Positions 1-13,620 of a stretch of DNA of 64,000 nt are shown here, in pieces. The DNA lies in assembly GCA_028023455.1 (NCBI GenBank), contig JAQFVV010000009.1:5332001-5396000 (forward strand). The letters run 5' to 3'. Both the position numbers and the translations under genes were made by a program. This DNA comes from Epiperipatus broadwayi (lineage: Eukaryota > Animalia > Onychophora). Within the stretch, counting starts at the first letter, position 1, and each line of letters starts with the position of its first letter. The notes below the pieces were generated by a model, which did not search any database, had not been told where the DNA came from, and was given only the letters and a program-made list of their open reading frames with translations.

Positions 1-753
1 TGAGCTACAATTCTCAAAATGTGGCACAAATGGAAATAAATGAAATTATATTACTTTAATAAAGCATTTTAAAAACAAAAAGTTTATTCTGGTATGAACA
101 ACCTAGTAATGAAACTTGGCTAAGAAAAAAAAAATTAGGAGATTGAAAGAACATAAGAAAATAATTATATAGAATTAAAATATAATCTGAATTTTAAATT
201 TCCTTTTAACAATACTCCTGATATTAGGTGGCAGAAAATCTAGTTAGAAACTTTTATTAATTTATATACAGTGAATCTAGTATCATGAAGATTTATAAAA
301 TAAAAATATAGCATCCATTTTTTCTCATTAAATTTAGATTTATATAACAAATGATAATACATACAACAACTACTAGAAAATGAAACATCTTTTTTTTATG
401 TAAGGCTTAAATTACCAAATATCCTGCATGGTTTAGTGCAATGGTAGATAGAAGACTCTGGAGCTCAAGATTCATATATTGTAGTTTATCACTTCTATTG
501 CTCAGACTTCTTATAAACTCTCAAACAATAAAATTATCCAATTACTGTTACCAATTTATTTCATTTAGCTGTTGATTTATAATTTTAGTAGTGAAAATAT
601 ACTATACTTAATATATAAATACAAGTATAATGTATTTACTGAACTTTAGATGTAATTAGAGGGAATTTGAACACAGACTTTCAAACTCCCTTCAGCTATC
701 CATTCCATCTTATATAACTGATACATATGATTACATACATGTGAAAAAGATAA

Positions 754-812
754 ATGATCTCCAATATAGATATTTCATGCTGAACCAACACTCATCAGAT
801 TATCCAGATCAT
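754..812 (-). ncRNA. Hammerhead-like motif, left arm
   Basis: Minus strand: ATGATCT-ggataat-CTGATGA-GTGTTG gtt CAGCAT-GAAA-TATCTA-TA-ttgg-AGATCAT. Core, stem II and GAAA present; proximal stem I imperfect. Confidence 0.55.
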
Positions 813-1242
813 CATAGTGCTCAGTTTATATTAATATAGCAAATCTTCAAACTTAATGAACAGACTTCAATCTTCTCCAACCTCCAACTCTTCAGCTATC
901 CATATTAATGAAAATCTGATGATGGAATACTCAAAGTGCTTGTTGATGCCAATATTATTATCATATCCACATTGATTTTAAGTTATTCTGAGACCTCGTA
1001 TGTAGAATTTTAATATGCCCATTTAAATAGGTTCTACATATGAGGGGTCAGAATAAATTAAAAGTCATCATGACAACAATATTAGCATCAACAAAGGCTT
1101 TGAGCATTCCATCATCAGAGTTTTAATAATATGGATGGCTGAAGAGTTGGAGGTGGAAAAGATTGAAGTCCGTCCACTAAAGTTTGAAGCTTTACTATCT
1201 TAATATAAACTGAGAACTGATTATATATGTGTGTGGAAGATG

Positions 1243-1300
1243 ATGATCTGGACATCTGATGAGTGCTGGTTCAGCATAAAATACATATATTGGAGATCAT
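1243..1300 (+). ncRNA. Hammerhead-like motif, right arm (G12 mutated to A)
   Basis: ATGATCT-ggacat-CTGATGA-GTGCTG gtt CAGCAT-AAAA-TACATA-TA-ttgg-AGATCAT; stem II fully paired. Confidence 0.5.
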
Positions 1301-1426
1301 TTATCTTCTTCACATGTATGTGACCATGACTATCAGTTATATAAGATGGAGTGGATATCTGAAGGAGTTGGAAAATTTGTGTTCAATTCCTCTCTAATTA
1401 TAATTAATGTTATTTTTCTTATTCTG

Positions 1427-1457
<31 letters not shown>
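1427..1457. repeat. (CA)12 followed by (TA)n microsatellite
   Basis: Read directly from the sequence. Confidence 0.95.
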
Positions 1458-1643
1458 GGTGGTAATCAATATTCTAATTCAGCTTTTTAGAAAGGCACTG
1501 AAACATTATGTATATGTCATCCATATATGGATGACATATACATGATGTTTCAGTGCCTTTCGAAAAAGCTGAATTAGTATATTGATTACATGATGTTTTA
1601 GTGCCTTTCTAAAAAGTTGAATTAGAATATTGATTACCACCAT
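1456..1643. repeat. Spacer-less palindrome centred at 1525/1526 with a ~48 bp tandem duplication in the right arm
   Basis: Centre GTCATCCATATATGGATGAC; ends ATGGTGGTAATC / GATTACCACCAT; the unit at ~1541-1589 is repeated at ~1590-1637. Confidence 0.9.
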
Positions 1644-3360
1644 GAAAAAAAAATTGCAAGTGAGAAAGTAAAGTGATTTTTATTATAGTTGTTTGTTATT
1701 TTTGAAAATTGATTTAATAATAGTACATTTAACAAACCTACTGGAGGTAATCATAGTGCTATGAAAACTAGTTATTTGATGTCACATTTAATTGCAAATA
1801 AAGTTACACCATTCAATGAAAGGAAATTTATTCGCAAATGTATTATTAAAGCAGTGGAAGTATTGTGTCCAAAACAATTTTAAAAATTCAAAAATATAAG
1901 CTTGATTCAAAATATTATTGCCAGCAAAATTGATAATATAGCTAGAGAATTTAAGGAATCAACTGAAATCATTAAATACTACATTTGAAACCTATTCCAT
2001 TGCAATTGACAAAAGCCCAGACAGAGGAAAAAGTTCAGCTAGCAGTTTTTAATCACAGATGTGATGTGAACTTGAAAGTGAAAAGCTTCTGGAAATTATT
2101 CCAATGCATGACATAACCACTGGAGGTGATATTTTTAATGCATTTATAAAAAATTTTAAGGAATACAATTTTTTTTAAAAAGTTAGTTTCTCTTGGGCTT
2201 CTGCCATGATTTGTGATATAAAGGAGTTATTACACAACTAAAAAAAAATGTAGACAACAAAATAATACTTCGTTTTAATGTTTTCATTGCATTATTCAGC
2301 AGTAAAAATTATGCTCGAAAGTTTTAAACATTGGACATGTCATAATAAATATCACTAAAGTTGTAAATTATATTCATGAACATGAACTTAATCATTGCCA
2401 ATTTAATAATTTTTTAAAAAATATAACAATACACTAATTTACCTGATTATATGAAAATTGTTGGCTTTCTAGTCATAAAATTTTAAAGCCATTTTTCCAA
2501 TTTCTGGATAAAATTATTATTTTTTAGAATTGTAAAATTATGAATGTGGAATATTGAAAGATGATAAATGCATAAAAGACCTGGATTTTTCAGTTGACAT
2601 TACAAATAACCTTAATTAACTTAATCTTAAACTACAAGGCAAACATCATGAGATTATCATATTATTTGATAATATCAATGTGAAATTTCAAAGAGAAATT
2701 ATTATTCTGACAAAAATAAATTTAAAACCAAAATTTATCTCATTTTGAATATTGCCAATCATTATTATAAAATTCACCAGAATTGAAATTTTCAGAATAT
2801 ACTAATCAATTTTACCTATTTACTTCTTCTCTATCTATTAATGCTAAAACATCTGCTGACAATTTACAACTGAAAGTGATTAAAATTTAGTGTGATTCTA
2901 TACTGAAACAAAAATATAATGATATTGAAATTTCATATTTCTGTAATTATTCATCAGTTAACAAATTTTGCTATGTGTTGTATATAATTAAAAAATCAAT
3001 ATTAACAAACCAGTATATGCAGTCAATTTTAAAAATAACTCCAGTTTAATAAATTCAACCAAATTTTGAAGATTTGGTTAATGAAAAATGTTGCCAATTT
3101 TTGTCAAAAAAATGATATAATTTTTATTTAAATAATGTAAACTTAAAAAAAAAAACACCTTTTGTACTTCATACATATTTTTGTAACATGACTGTATTTT
3201 GTACATATATTATTTTATATGTGTAATTGCAATGTTAAAATAAAAAATCTGTTTCCTCTTTAATTTTGAGTTGTTGTTATTTTGTAATGTGGCTTGCAGT
3301 TTGATCTATAATACTCACTCTGGCCCATGATCGTTTATGAGTTTGATATGCTTAATCTAA
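1644..3360 (+). mobile_element. Degraded hAT (SPIN/Buster/Charlie-like) transposase remnant
   Basis: Manual translation ~1760-1950: AMKTSYLMSHLIANKVTPFNERKFIRKCIIKAVEVLCPK...KNISL, then YSIAIDKSPD, resembling the SPIN/GTF2IRD2-type transposase N-terminus and first catalytic Asp; many stops and frameshifts. Confidence 0.7.
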
Positions 3361-3999
3361 TATAATATTTTAAAACATTTTGTAGTCTTTTATTGAAGTA
3401 TATTAAATTAATTAACACTCATTTATTTTGTGCATTATCACATATATCAATCTATTTTTTTAAGTTAAAAAAAACATAAATCATTTAATATCAGTAAGTG
3501 ATATTAGGAGCACCAAGATCAATACCCCAATATATATATATATAAAATTATTTTAAATATATATAAGTAAAACTTTAGTACTAAGCATAAAAAAACCTAA
3601 TTTTAAATCTGTATCAATAAATACTTAAAAATTTTATTATAGCATGCTTTCGGTCTAACTTTAATGTGTTGCTATTTTCAGTAAATATTTATTTTTGAAG
3701 ACTGCTGATTGAAGATACTATAAGGCATTCATACTATACCTATTTCTTTTGTCTTTATTAAAATTACTACTGTGTAAACTATTTTAATTTTTCATCATTA
3801 TTTTCTATTTTATCTATTGTGACAACAGTTTCATGATCTTAGTTATTGATATTGTCAAAGAATGTAAATTAGTTTAATGCTTTGTCACTATAAATAAAAT
3901 ATTAGTAACATGCTGTTGCAGGTAGAATATTAAAAATCCTTACAATGATTTTCAATATTTTACCTGCACCTGTATATCTTGGATCAAGCTCTTATTTAG

Positions 4000-5130
4000 A
4001 GCAATTCAGAGATATCATGTGACATAGCAAAGCACGAAGTATATTTGGATATGACAAGGAGGAATCAAAAGAAAATACATAAATAAGAAAATAATACCAC
4101 TAACATCATTGAAAAAATGAAGAAATTGAAATAAAGTTAGTCTGGGTTATATTACTAGAAGAAATGACAACAGTTGTATAATAGAAGTCTTAGACTAGAT
4201 CTCTAATAATAAAACTAGATCTCTAATAATTGTAATAGTCCTAAAAAAGATCATGTGAATATGTCACACAATCCTTTTCTGTTGTAAGATAATAATTTTG
4301 GTTTAGCATGCCAGCAAGACAATGTTGAGGATGATTTTACATAAAATATAGGCAAAGATAAAATGTAAACTCAAACAGAAGAAAATAAGCTTTAGGTCAC
4401 AATGAAAATAAATATTCTGATAACCAATTTAAATATTAACCTCAAAAATCTAGAAAATTCCAATTACCATTCTATGTTGAATTTAGAACACCCTAACATT
4501 TAGTACAATTGTTATCTTCTTATAGGCAAACTTAGACTGAGTTCAAGAAAGTAAAGGAATGATACAAGACTATGTTTTGACACCATATTTATTCAATATT
4601 GTAGCAAAAGTGGCAATGAAGAAGGCTTTGGATAGTTTTTAGAGGGAAAATTCTATATTTGAGGAAAATATGGAATTTATGATATGCAGATGGTGTAATT
4701 GTAGTAGCAATGATAAAGAAAGAACTGTAAAATCTGATAGATTGATTAGTAAAAGTGGAAATATGGCCTAACATTAAATATAAGCAAGATATGGATATTG
4801 TGTTTAAGTGAAGGAATAGCGTTTGTCCAATTGAGCTTCAGACCAAATCAAGGTAGAGAATATTATACAAAGATAACTGCATAATTATTGTTAGTATTAA
4901 AAACTTTTACAAAATTAGTACTCGTATCAAAAAGCTGAGGCATAAATATGGGATAAAGCATAGATTTTTGAAGGCTTTAATATGGCCCATTGTAATGTGT
5001 TGATGAAAGATAATGACACTGAAAAAACAAGAGAAAGAAAGAATTGTAGCATTTGAGATGACATTTTATTGAAAGATGTTTGGGCTATTTTAAATGGTTG
5101 AGAGAATTAAAAGGCAGATGCACAAAGATA
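4000..5130 (+). mobile_element. RTE-clade LINE remnant (RT core and C-terminus)
   Basis: ~4570-4710: VLTPYLFNIVAKVAMKKALD...WNL*YADGVIVVA (RT motifs B/C); ~4960-5090: RFLKALIWPIVM...MTLKKQEKERIVAFEMTFY, typical of the RTE C-terminus. Confidence 0.7.
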
Positions 5131-5339
5131 AATGTTTATGAAAAACATTATGTTGTTTTCTATTCCCTTGTTTTCATCTGATAATCTTACAACTTTTCAT
5201 GAAGCTTTTATAAAATATTTGTGGAAACAACTGTTTCATCTGCAAAATCTAGATGACTTAAGTTATCTTCATTTCTTTTTTTCTTTTTTTATCTTTCTTG
5301 GTTTAATCAATAAAAATTTCTAATAAAATTGCTGAAATA

Positions 5340-6170
5340 AGTTTGAAGAAATAGAATTATTCTGCAATATAATCTAATCTGTGTTAATTTTCTTAATATT
5401 CCTATACTGCATCTTAAAAATATATTTTTCAGAAATTGTTAGTATATTGATTCTTTGTCTTGATGTTTTAAAGACTTCATCATTATTTAAATATTTTTTA
5501 GCATTTCTCAAATTGAATGCAATAAAGCAAATCATATTCTTAGTCTTAACACTTATATGAGATCTACTGTAATATAACCATTCTTAAATCCAGTTTATTC
5601 TTTTGTTTGATTTAAATCCAAAGTTTTCTGTAGATGATTGTAATGATCTTAGTAAAATTATATAGTACTGACAGAAGTCTAACAGTTCTGTGATTTCTAA
5701 AATCTTCCTTTCCATCTTTTTTTAACATCATATTAATTACTACTGCATTTTTAAAATTATCTAGCACATTTTTATTACTAAAATAATGTTTTAAACTAAT
5801 CTAATTTCATTCTATCACAGTTGTAGCTGTACTTCGATGATTATAGTTGTATTCTAGTTATTTTATTTAATAAAAAGTTCTTTTATAATATATTTAACAT
5901 TAGCAAAAATGACTTCATAGATTCGTGGATAACATAGAAACATGGCCAATATATGAATCTGAAACTTACAATTTTATAAAAATAAATGTCCAATTACAAA
6001 TTGTTATAAAAAGGGATAAAGAAAAAACTTCTGAAAGTCTCAATTTGATGTTAATATCATACAGAGATAGGCAATTAAGATATGTTATGATTTTATTTCT
6101 CATATTATCTATCTTTATAATGTCTCTCTCTCTTTCTAAATTAGTCAATAATATCTCTCTCTCTTGAAAT
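5340..6170 (-). mobile_element. LINE (RTE-like) RT N-terminal remnant
   Basis: Minus strand ~5770-5500 reads approximately FKNAVVINMMLKKDGKEDFRNHRTVRLLSVLYNFTKII...TGFKNGYITVDLI, matching the non-LTR RT KKG..NYRPISLL..GFR..ST.D pattern. Confidence 0.6.
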
Positions 6171-8646
6171 TTTGTAATAGCATACTATAATATAAAGTAA
6201 GTATCAAATGGTATTACTTCTGGTTTTTTCCTTTATATGTTGATATAATGTTTTAATTCTCACTTAACTGGTCTCAGGAACATGACATTCATGGATACTA
6301 TTGGTCTTACATTTAATTTTCAATTATATTTTTAATCTAAATAAATTAAAAAAACATTTAACCTTTCTCATTTCCACATATTATTTAATTTTAAAAAATG
6401 TCTTTACCTCAATAAAATTTTATTTGATACATTTATTCTAAACATACTTTTATTTTTACATACTCATTAGCATAATTCCATGCACAATTTAGTGCAGTAC
6501 TAAAATAGACAGAATGAGAAACTCAAGGTCCATGAATCATGATTTCAATTTTCATAATCTTCTTAGCAATAAACCACTCTCTCTCTCTCTTTTTTTACTA
6601 GTGCAAAAATTCACTCAAAAGTGGATAAATCAAGTGACTAGTTAGAATTGAACCATTTATAATAACTTTAAAAAATTTTTATAGAAAAATTTTAAAAATA
6701 TTATTTTGTAATATAATATTTTAGAAACCTTATTCAAATTTTCTCCTGTCCTTGTAATAATAATTAACATATGGATAGAGGTATTAAAACTTATAGTATA
6801 AACATTTTGTACAGAATACAAAATAGAATTTATCCAAAATTATTATTTATACTTACAGAAAAAATCAATCCCCAAAGAAATACATCACTTTGATCTAGGA
6901 AAGAAGTACAGGAACTAGAAATATAAAATAAAAAAATTATGTATCAAGTATTTTGCAACATTCTTATTATTAATAACAATAGTACATAAATAATAACATT
7001 ATAGTGCTATTCTACTATATTCAGAGTTTTCTTTGAATATCAACTTTTTTTTTCTATTTTAATCAGGTATATATAAAGTCCCTTCAATCTTTTCATTAAT
7101 CTTTTCATTAAATAAAAACTCTCAATAGAACAAACTATCATAGTCAATTTTAATTCTTTTTATTATTCTCTGAAAATATGACATTTACAATAACTTAAAG
7201 TTATCCAATTTATCTCTCCTAAATAAAAATTTTCCCAACAATCTATTAACATCAAAAATTTCTTTCTTCTTTAAAAGCTTTCTACTCAATATATTTTAGT
7301 TCATTCTTCATTGAATTGTCAACATTAAATGCCAATTTTCTCATATTATTATATGCTTATAGATTTTGGATTCTTCTATTCAATAGATTTTTTAAAACTA
7401 GCTTCACTAACTTTGACTGTTTCTAACCCCCCATAAAGTTTGTAAATGAAACATTTTATCCTGGAAATTTGTTCACTTCCTATAGTATAATAAATTAATA
7501 AATTGATTTCCTTTTTTATGTTGTATTAATAAGACAGTACTGAAAGTTAAAAGCCTTAATATAACTAAACATAATAATAAAAGATAAAAATTACTGAATA
7601 GAGACAATGTAATGCCTTTTATTGAAAAAAACCTACAAAATTAGAAAATAAATGACTGTCAGTATAGATTTGACTTACTCATTATTACATTAACTTAAAA
7701 GTAAAAGGCAATAGTTTCTAATTTATGTAATTCTTTTTCTAAAAGATTAAAAATGCCTGTAATTGGCTTATGGTATATACATTTAATCTATTATCAGACT
7801 TATATAGATGCATTAGCTAACTGGGTTATGTTTAAATCCTTGGAATGTTTGAATTTGAAGTCACTGCCTTTGAATTGCAAAATAAAAATTGACCACAGAG
7901 CTCCTAGTCAATAATGGGTTAAATATTTAAAAGTTGGTTATGGAAGTCTTTCTTCCTGTCATGTTGCATTCAATAATTTTATTCATTATCTCTATTTTAT
8001 AAACAAGCAGTTCTTAAAAAAATATATAAAAGCAAATATATTTTTTCTCTATAGGAGTATTTTTTGTTTGTTTTCTTATGATTTACTATTCCTTGAAGAA
8101 TAGGTTTATTCTTGTTGCTTGTAATAAATAATAATAACCTAATGTTTATACATAGCAAGTTAATTAATTTTATTTCTGATCATTTATCATTGGAGACTGG
8201 AGCTATTTTTCCTGCAAAGATAACTTGTTCTCTGCAGCAGACATCTACACAGAATGCAAAGTTTTCTAATGTGTAGCTGAGTCATCAAGATATAGCAAAA
8301 AATGACATTCTATGATTTGTTCTGTTCCATTTATTTTACGTATGACTTTTTCCAATTATTTATTTGCCAGATCTAAATAGATTGTAATTATCATTGATTT
8401 CATGTGAAAGTAAATATCCTGAAAATATGCTCCACTTATCCAGACATAAAAGAAGAAAATATTTACAAATTTCTAGAATATTGGTGTTTTCCTGAAGATT
8501 TGTGATGATGGTGTTTTAGTTGTATTTATTGTTTAAACTAATTCCATCATCAAATATAAGTATTGAGTGTCTTTAGAAATTTAACTTTATTTAAATATTC
8601 CAAATACATTCAACTGTTAGTAATAGCACATCAAACGGGTTAGTAT

Positions 8647-8698
8647 ATGCACAACATTTTCAGAGGTATTATTCTTCCCTCTTCTTCAGGTGTTGCTG
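8647..8698 (-). ncRNA. Minimal type I hammerhead motif in PLE terminal repeat
   Basis: Minus: cagcaaCAC-CTGAAGA-A-GAGG gaagaataata CCTC t-GAAA-aTGTT-GTG. Confidence 0.6.
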
Positions 8699-8719
8699 GC
8701 CTGACCAGTGACAGTACTA

Positions 8720-8800
8720 GCATGAGAATCAATTCTGAAATCTTAGATTCTTGAGTATTGAATTTTAAGGTAAACTATAACCAACTGAGCCATCCTACCA
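8720..8800 (-). other. Degenerate tRNA-derived segment in PLE terminal repeat
   Basis: Minus: ggtaggatGGCTCAGTTGGTtatag...; homologous to 35604-35684. Confidence 0.55.
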
Positions 8801-11800
8801 AAGGCAACAGTCAGTAGAAATTTCATATACTTATCTATGAGGTTCCTCCTGATTTCTCCAGTTTTTCTTCTTAAGAGCAAAGTTGATTAGTGGTTTGCAT
8901 ATATTATGTATAGTTACACTAGGTTAACTTAAGGAATTTTTTGCCATTGCCATGTGAACAGCTTCTGTAAATTTTCTTCTTTGTACCGTTTCTTCTCTAT
9001 CCAATATTTTTGTGTTTTCCCAATTGAACATATGTTCATTGGTACATACATGGTCTGATACCTTAGACCCATCTGTTTTCTCTCTTCTAATCATCAGTTT
9101 GTGTTCCTGAAAGCACTTTTCAATGGGACAACTGCTCTCACCACTATATGTTCTTCGACATTCACATGTTATTTCATAGATGTAGTTTTTTCTTTTCAGC
9201 ATTTCAAGTTTAGACTTTCTAAATGTTAGAAATCCTCATAGTGTATTATGGCTCCGGAAGGCTGTTCTGATGTTATACTGATTGCATATGTTCCTTAATT
9301 TGTCTGCTATTTTTGGTATGTATGGATACACTACAGTACCAATAATTATTTTTTATGGTTCTTTTTGTTATCTATATAAGGTTTTCTTATTAACAGTTGA
9401 TGGATAACCATTTTCCATAAGAGTTTGTTTTATATAGATCTTGTCTTTTTCCAAATCACTGGCTTTGAAACAAACTTCTTTTGCTCTGTTTCACAATGAT
9501 AGTATAACGTTTTTTGTGTTTCTAGGGTGATTGGCTGTATAGGTTAATTATTTTCCTGCACGTGTAGGTTTTCTGTAAACTATAATTTTGATTTTGCCAT
9601 GAGGGAGTCTTGTCACAATAATATCTAAGAATGCCAATTTTTGTTCTTGTTCTGATTTTATTGTGAATTTAATCGAAGAAGGTATGTCATTGATGTGTTT
9701 CCAGAAAGTTTGTAATAGTGCTTCATCATGTGGCCATACAATAAATGTATCATCTACATAGCAAAGCCAAACTTTAGGTAGATATGAAATAGTTTTTATG
9801 ATTGTAGTTAATGCTAATCAAAGGTGACAATCATGAGCCCATAGCCATTCCTTGATTTTGTTGGAAGAATTCTCTATTATATTGAAAATAGGTTGTTTAA
9901 TGCAGAATATTAATAGTTCCATTATACTATCAACAGGAAGAGTTGTTCTGGTTTGTAAGCCATTATCATCATTTAATCTTTTCCTTACAATAGACAATGT
10001 TTCTTCACATGGAACATTTGTGAATAAACTTTCCACATCAAAGCTTACTAGTAAGTCAGTTCTTTCAATTTTCATATTCTTGATTGCTGACAAAGGCAAT
10101 GCAACAGTTGTAATGGATATGACAACAAAATACAAGAACTCCTCACAGCAGATCAATACAGAAAAGTGGCAAAAAATCTGATATCGAGTACAGAAACAAA
10201 GTTACAAGCATTATTCAGAAAACACTGCAGGTACTTCATTGATTCAGAAAAAAGTAAAATAACATCATATTTCAGCAAAATTCCTCATCTTTATGGTCTA
10301 TCTAAAATCCATAAGGATCATGTTCCATGAAGACCTATTGTTAGTTCTAAAAATTCACCTTACCAAAATTTGTCAAGATTTCTTCTTAAAGTTCTTAATC
10401 CTTTGGCAAACAAGTCCCAGTCCTTTGTCAGGGATTCTAGACACTTTATAGAATTCTGACCTTTACCTACTCCTTTAAAGATCTTGTATTAATATTATAT
10501 TATTATGTCTTAATTCAATCAATCATTATCCAGCCTAAAATATAACACAATGTACATATAACTATTACATATATGACATATAAAAAAATAATATATATAA
10601 AATAAACACACACACACATCTGGACATAACACCATCTTGTACAAGATACATAAATAATTATCAACACTTAAAATATATTTAGCATTCACAGTTTGAATAT
10701 TATTATTAGGCTCTGGCTATTCATTTCCATATTCCAATTGCGTTATCCAAATTCCTAGGAAAAGGTTAAATATTTAACAGTCTTCAGTTATCCGTATAAT
10801 GATTTATTTAATATAGAAATTCCATCACATATTTCACAATATCTTTTAGTATAATATCTCCAAGATCAAGTATTCTTCTAGAACAAATTATTTCCCTTAA
10901 TTTCTTTATTATTTAATATTACACCATTGTAAATAAAGATTTATGTTAAGATAACATGTTAAGTAACTTCAGGTTAATCATTTGTCTTTATTCAACATAT
11001 AATTCTACAATTCTATTTGCTGATACAATTCTATAATAAATTATAAACATTTATTTTATAATTTATATATCCATGTAAATTTTAAATGTGCCATTTATCA
11101 GTTAATGAATGATGTCCTCCAAGCAATCCAAAATCTCCAAAGCACAATTTATCAATTTCCAACTTCCGTGACAAAAGGAATTTATGATTAATTATAAGAG
11201 TTGTCTACATTCCAAGTACTTTCAGCAATTTCATTAATTAATGAATACATAGGTTTATCCAAATAATAAAGATGTCTAAATATAATGTAGATTAAATAGG
11301 ACAGTACATTATTAAAGTAATAATACTCTTTTTAACTTTAACAACTTTTAACAGAGAATTGAGACTTTAATTTGTGTATTCTGTTTTCCTTTTCTTCTAT
11401 TACTTTACTTGGTACTTCTGAACATTGTAATATATTTTTTTATAATGATGAATATTGTTTATTCCAGTTATGGTTCGATATGAGTCAGAGCCAATATTTC
11501 TTTCAGGACAGAAATTTAAAACTTTTACATATGCATAACAATTGAACAAACTATAATTTTTAAATAATAATAAATTTGATATCACAAATTTGTTTTGGTT
11601 TTTTAAAATTACTTTTACATGAAATTTTGTAAAGAGTTCTTTTTCAATGGCTGCCACCAACAGTTTCTTCAACCAAAAAAAAAAATTTTTTTCTCATTTG
11701 CAATTTAAAGCAAAAATACTTAGGAGAATTTACGACTTATCAGTTTTACCTTAAACCACATTTACATTTATTAAAGCATATTTTACTTTTATCCTGTTAA

Positions 11801-12199
11801 CAAATTCAATATAAAATTACCAAATCTAAATAATACATTATTTTAATTAAATATAAGGAATAATAAAAACGTAATTAAGGATTATGATTAATCTCAGTTA
11901 CACAAATTGACCACACATTAACAAATAATAGATGATACGCTAAACAAATCAAAATTCAAAATAACATATTTTTAACATATGTATGTAGGAAAAATATATA
12001 TATATCAAGTTTTCCTCACATCACCGTTGACCATTGATCTATTTTAATTAAATCTGGGTAATAAAGTTACAATATTCCCGGACCCAAGGAAACAAAATTT
12101 TAATTTTTTTATAATTAACGATCCCATTACCTAAATCTGATTACAACAATAAAATGATTAACATATAATAAAAAAAATGTTTACATCCTTTTACTATAT

Positions 12200-13620
12200 T
12201 ACACAAACACACACAAAAAAAACCTTTTTTTCTTTTTTCATATCTCTGTAGGATAAGGTATTAGGCTATGGATGTTGTATGTCCCTTTTAGTACCTCAGG
12301 GGTTAAGAGCATAAAAGCATTCTCACCAACCTGGATATTAATTTGGTAAGGACCCTCGTATAGACTAAAAAACTTTTTTAAACTGATTTTTCTGAATATT
12401 GCTGACATGAAGGGTATGCAATAGTGCAAGGTCACCAACCTTAAACATGTGGCTTAGTTTTTGGATGTTTTACTCTTTTTTGACTCATTTGTTTAAGTTT
12501 ATTTTGGTCCCTAATTCTATCATCACTACTATTTATCTCCTCTCTAATGAGGGGTAACGGAATCCTAATAAGCAAGGGCTCAAGCTTCCCATAATGAAGC
12601 CTAATTGGCATAAACCCTGTTGATTCATTAAAAGTTATATTAATATATTTAATCACCTTGGGAAGTCTATTTAATCATTGCTTATGATTGTCTCTAACAT
12701 ATACTCTAAAGAGACATCCAAGCTCTCGCATAATTTGTTCGCAGGGATTGGACTGTGGGTTTCTTAAACTAACTCATATGTTTAATATTCTGATTTCTGA
12801 CCCACTGACTCCATTTTTTAGATATAAATGCAGTGGTGTGATCAGTTAAAATTAATTCAGGTTTGCCAACTAACACAAATTGATAATTAGTTAGCACCTA
12901 ATAACACTCTTGGCATCTGTTTTTGGTACAGGATATAACGAAACTAATTTTGAGAACATGTCATATGCAACTAGAATAAACTTCTTCTGGTTATAATGGG
13001 GAAAAGGCCCATAAAAATCTAGCACCAATAATTCATTAGGCCCTGTTAGGTAAAATTGGCTGCAAAGTATCTGTGAATGATTTGGCACAATATTTAGTCT
13101 TCATGCAAACTCTATAAGTCTTAATTTTATATATTATATCCCTATACATTTTGGGCCAATAAAAACATGATTTGATAATGTAGTAAATTTTTGGGGCACC
13201 AAATGACCATATTTACCATGGGTGTATTCAACCAACCTCCCAACGACACACTGCAGTATGATAATCTGCCACAAACTATCATTGGCAATTTTGGTCTTAT
13301 ACATTAGAATCCCTTGGCAAATTTTATATCTATGAATCACCATTTTAATGTGTGTATTATCACTATAAACATGATTGGGGTTTTCTAAGATAAAAATAAT
13401 TTCCTTTAGTTTTGCATCCTGACTCTGAATTGTAGCAAAATGATCATAGTCATGAGCTATGGATTCATATAATACTATATTCAGGTTACTCACAACAATC
13501 CCTTGTACATCTGGGTGTTGATAGATAGGGTGGTGGCGAAGAATATCTGCAGGAATATTGTACCTACCTTCTTCGTATACAATGCTGTACTTGTTCTTAG
13601 GTGATTTTCATGTGAGTTGT
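12200..13620 (-). mobile_element. Ty3/Gypsy pol remnant (RNase H end, integrase zinc finger and core)
   Basis: YEEGRYNIPADIL (RNase H end, ~13580-13540); ORF 13134-13493 ending HGKYGHL (H2C2 start); ORF 12891-13088 ELLVLDFYGPF...KFILVAYDMFSKLVSLYPV (integrase core); frameshifted. Confidence 0.85.

Larger units (their letters stand above)
651..1402. repeat. ~750 bp imperfect inverted repeat (arms ~651-1007 and ~1032-1402), probably PLE/retrozyme-like
   Basis: Arms are reverse complements along their length, e.g. TATGTAGAA (999-1007) / TTCTACATA (1032-1040) at the centre and TAATTAGAG at both ends; contains HHR-like motifs. Confidence 0.85.
8540..10455 (-). mobile_element. Degraded Penelope-like element, same family as 35.4-37.6 kb, with inverted 5' segment (10086-10455 on +)
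   Basis: Minus: MKIERTDLLVSFDVESLFTNVP (RT) and NYIYEITCECRRTYSGES (GIY-YIG, ORF 8924-9202), then terminal repeat 8540-8870. Plus: ADKGNATVVMD...KIPHLYGLSKIHKD...FVRDSRHFIE. Confidence 0.9.

Noticed and set aside
425-475. tRNA/SINE head (GGTTTAGTGCAATGGTAGA...GACTCTGGA)
   Set aside because: Only a loose A-box resemblance; no B box.
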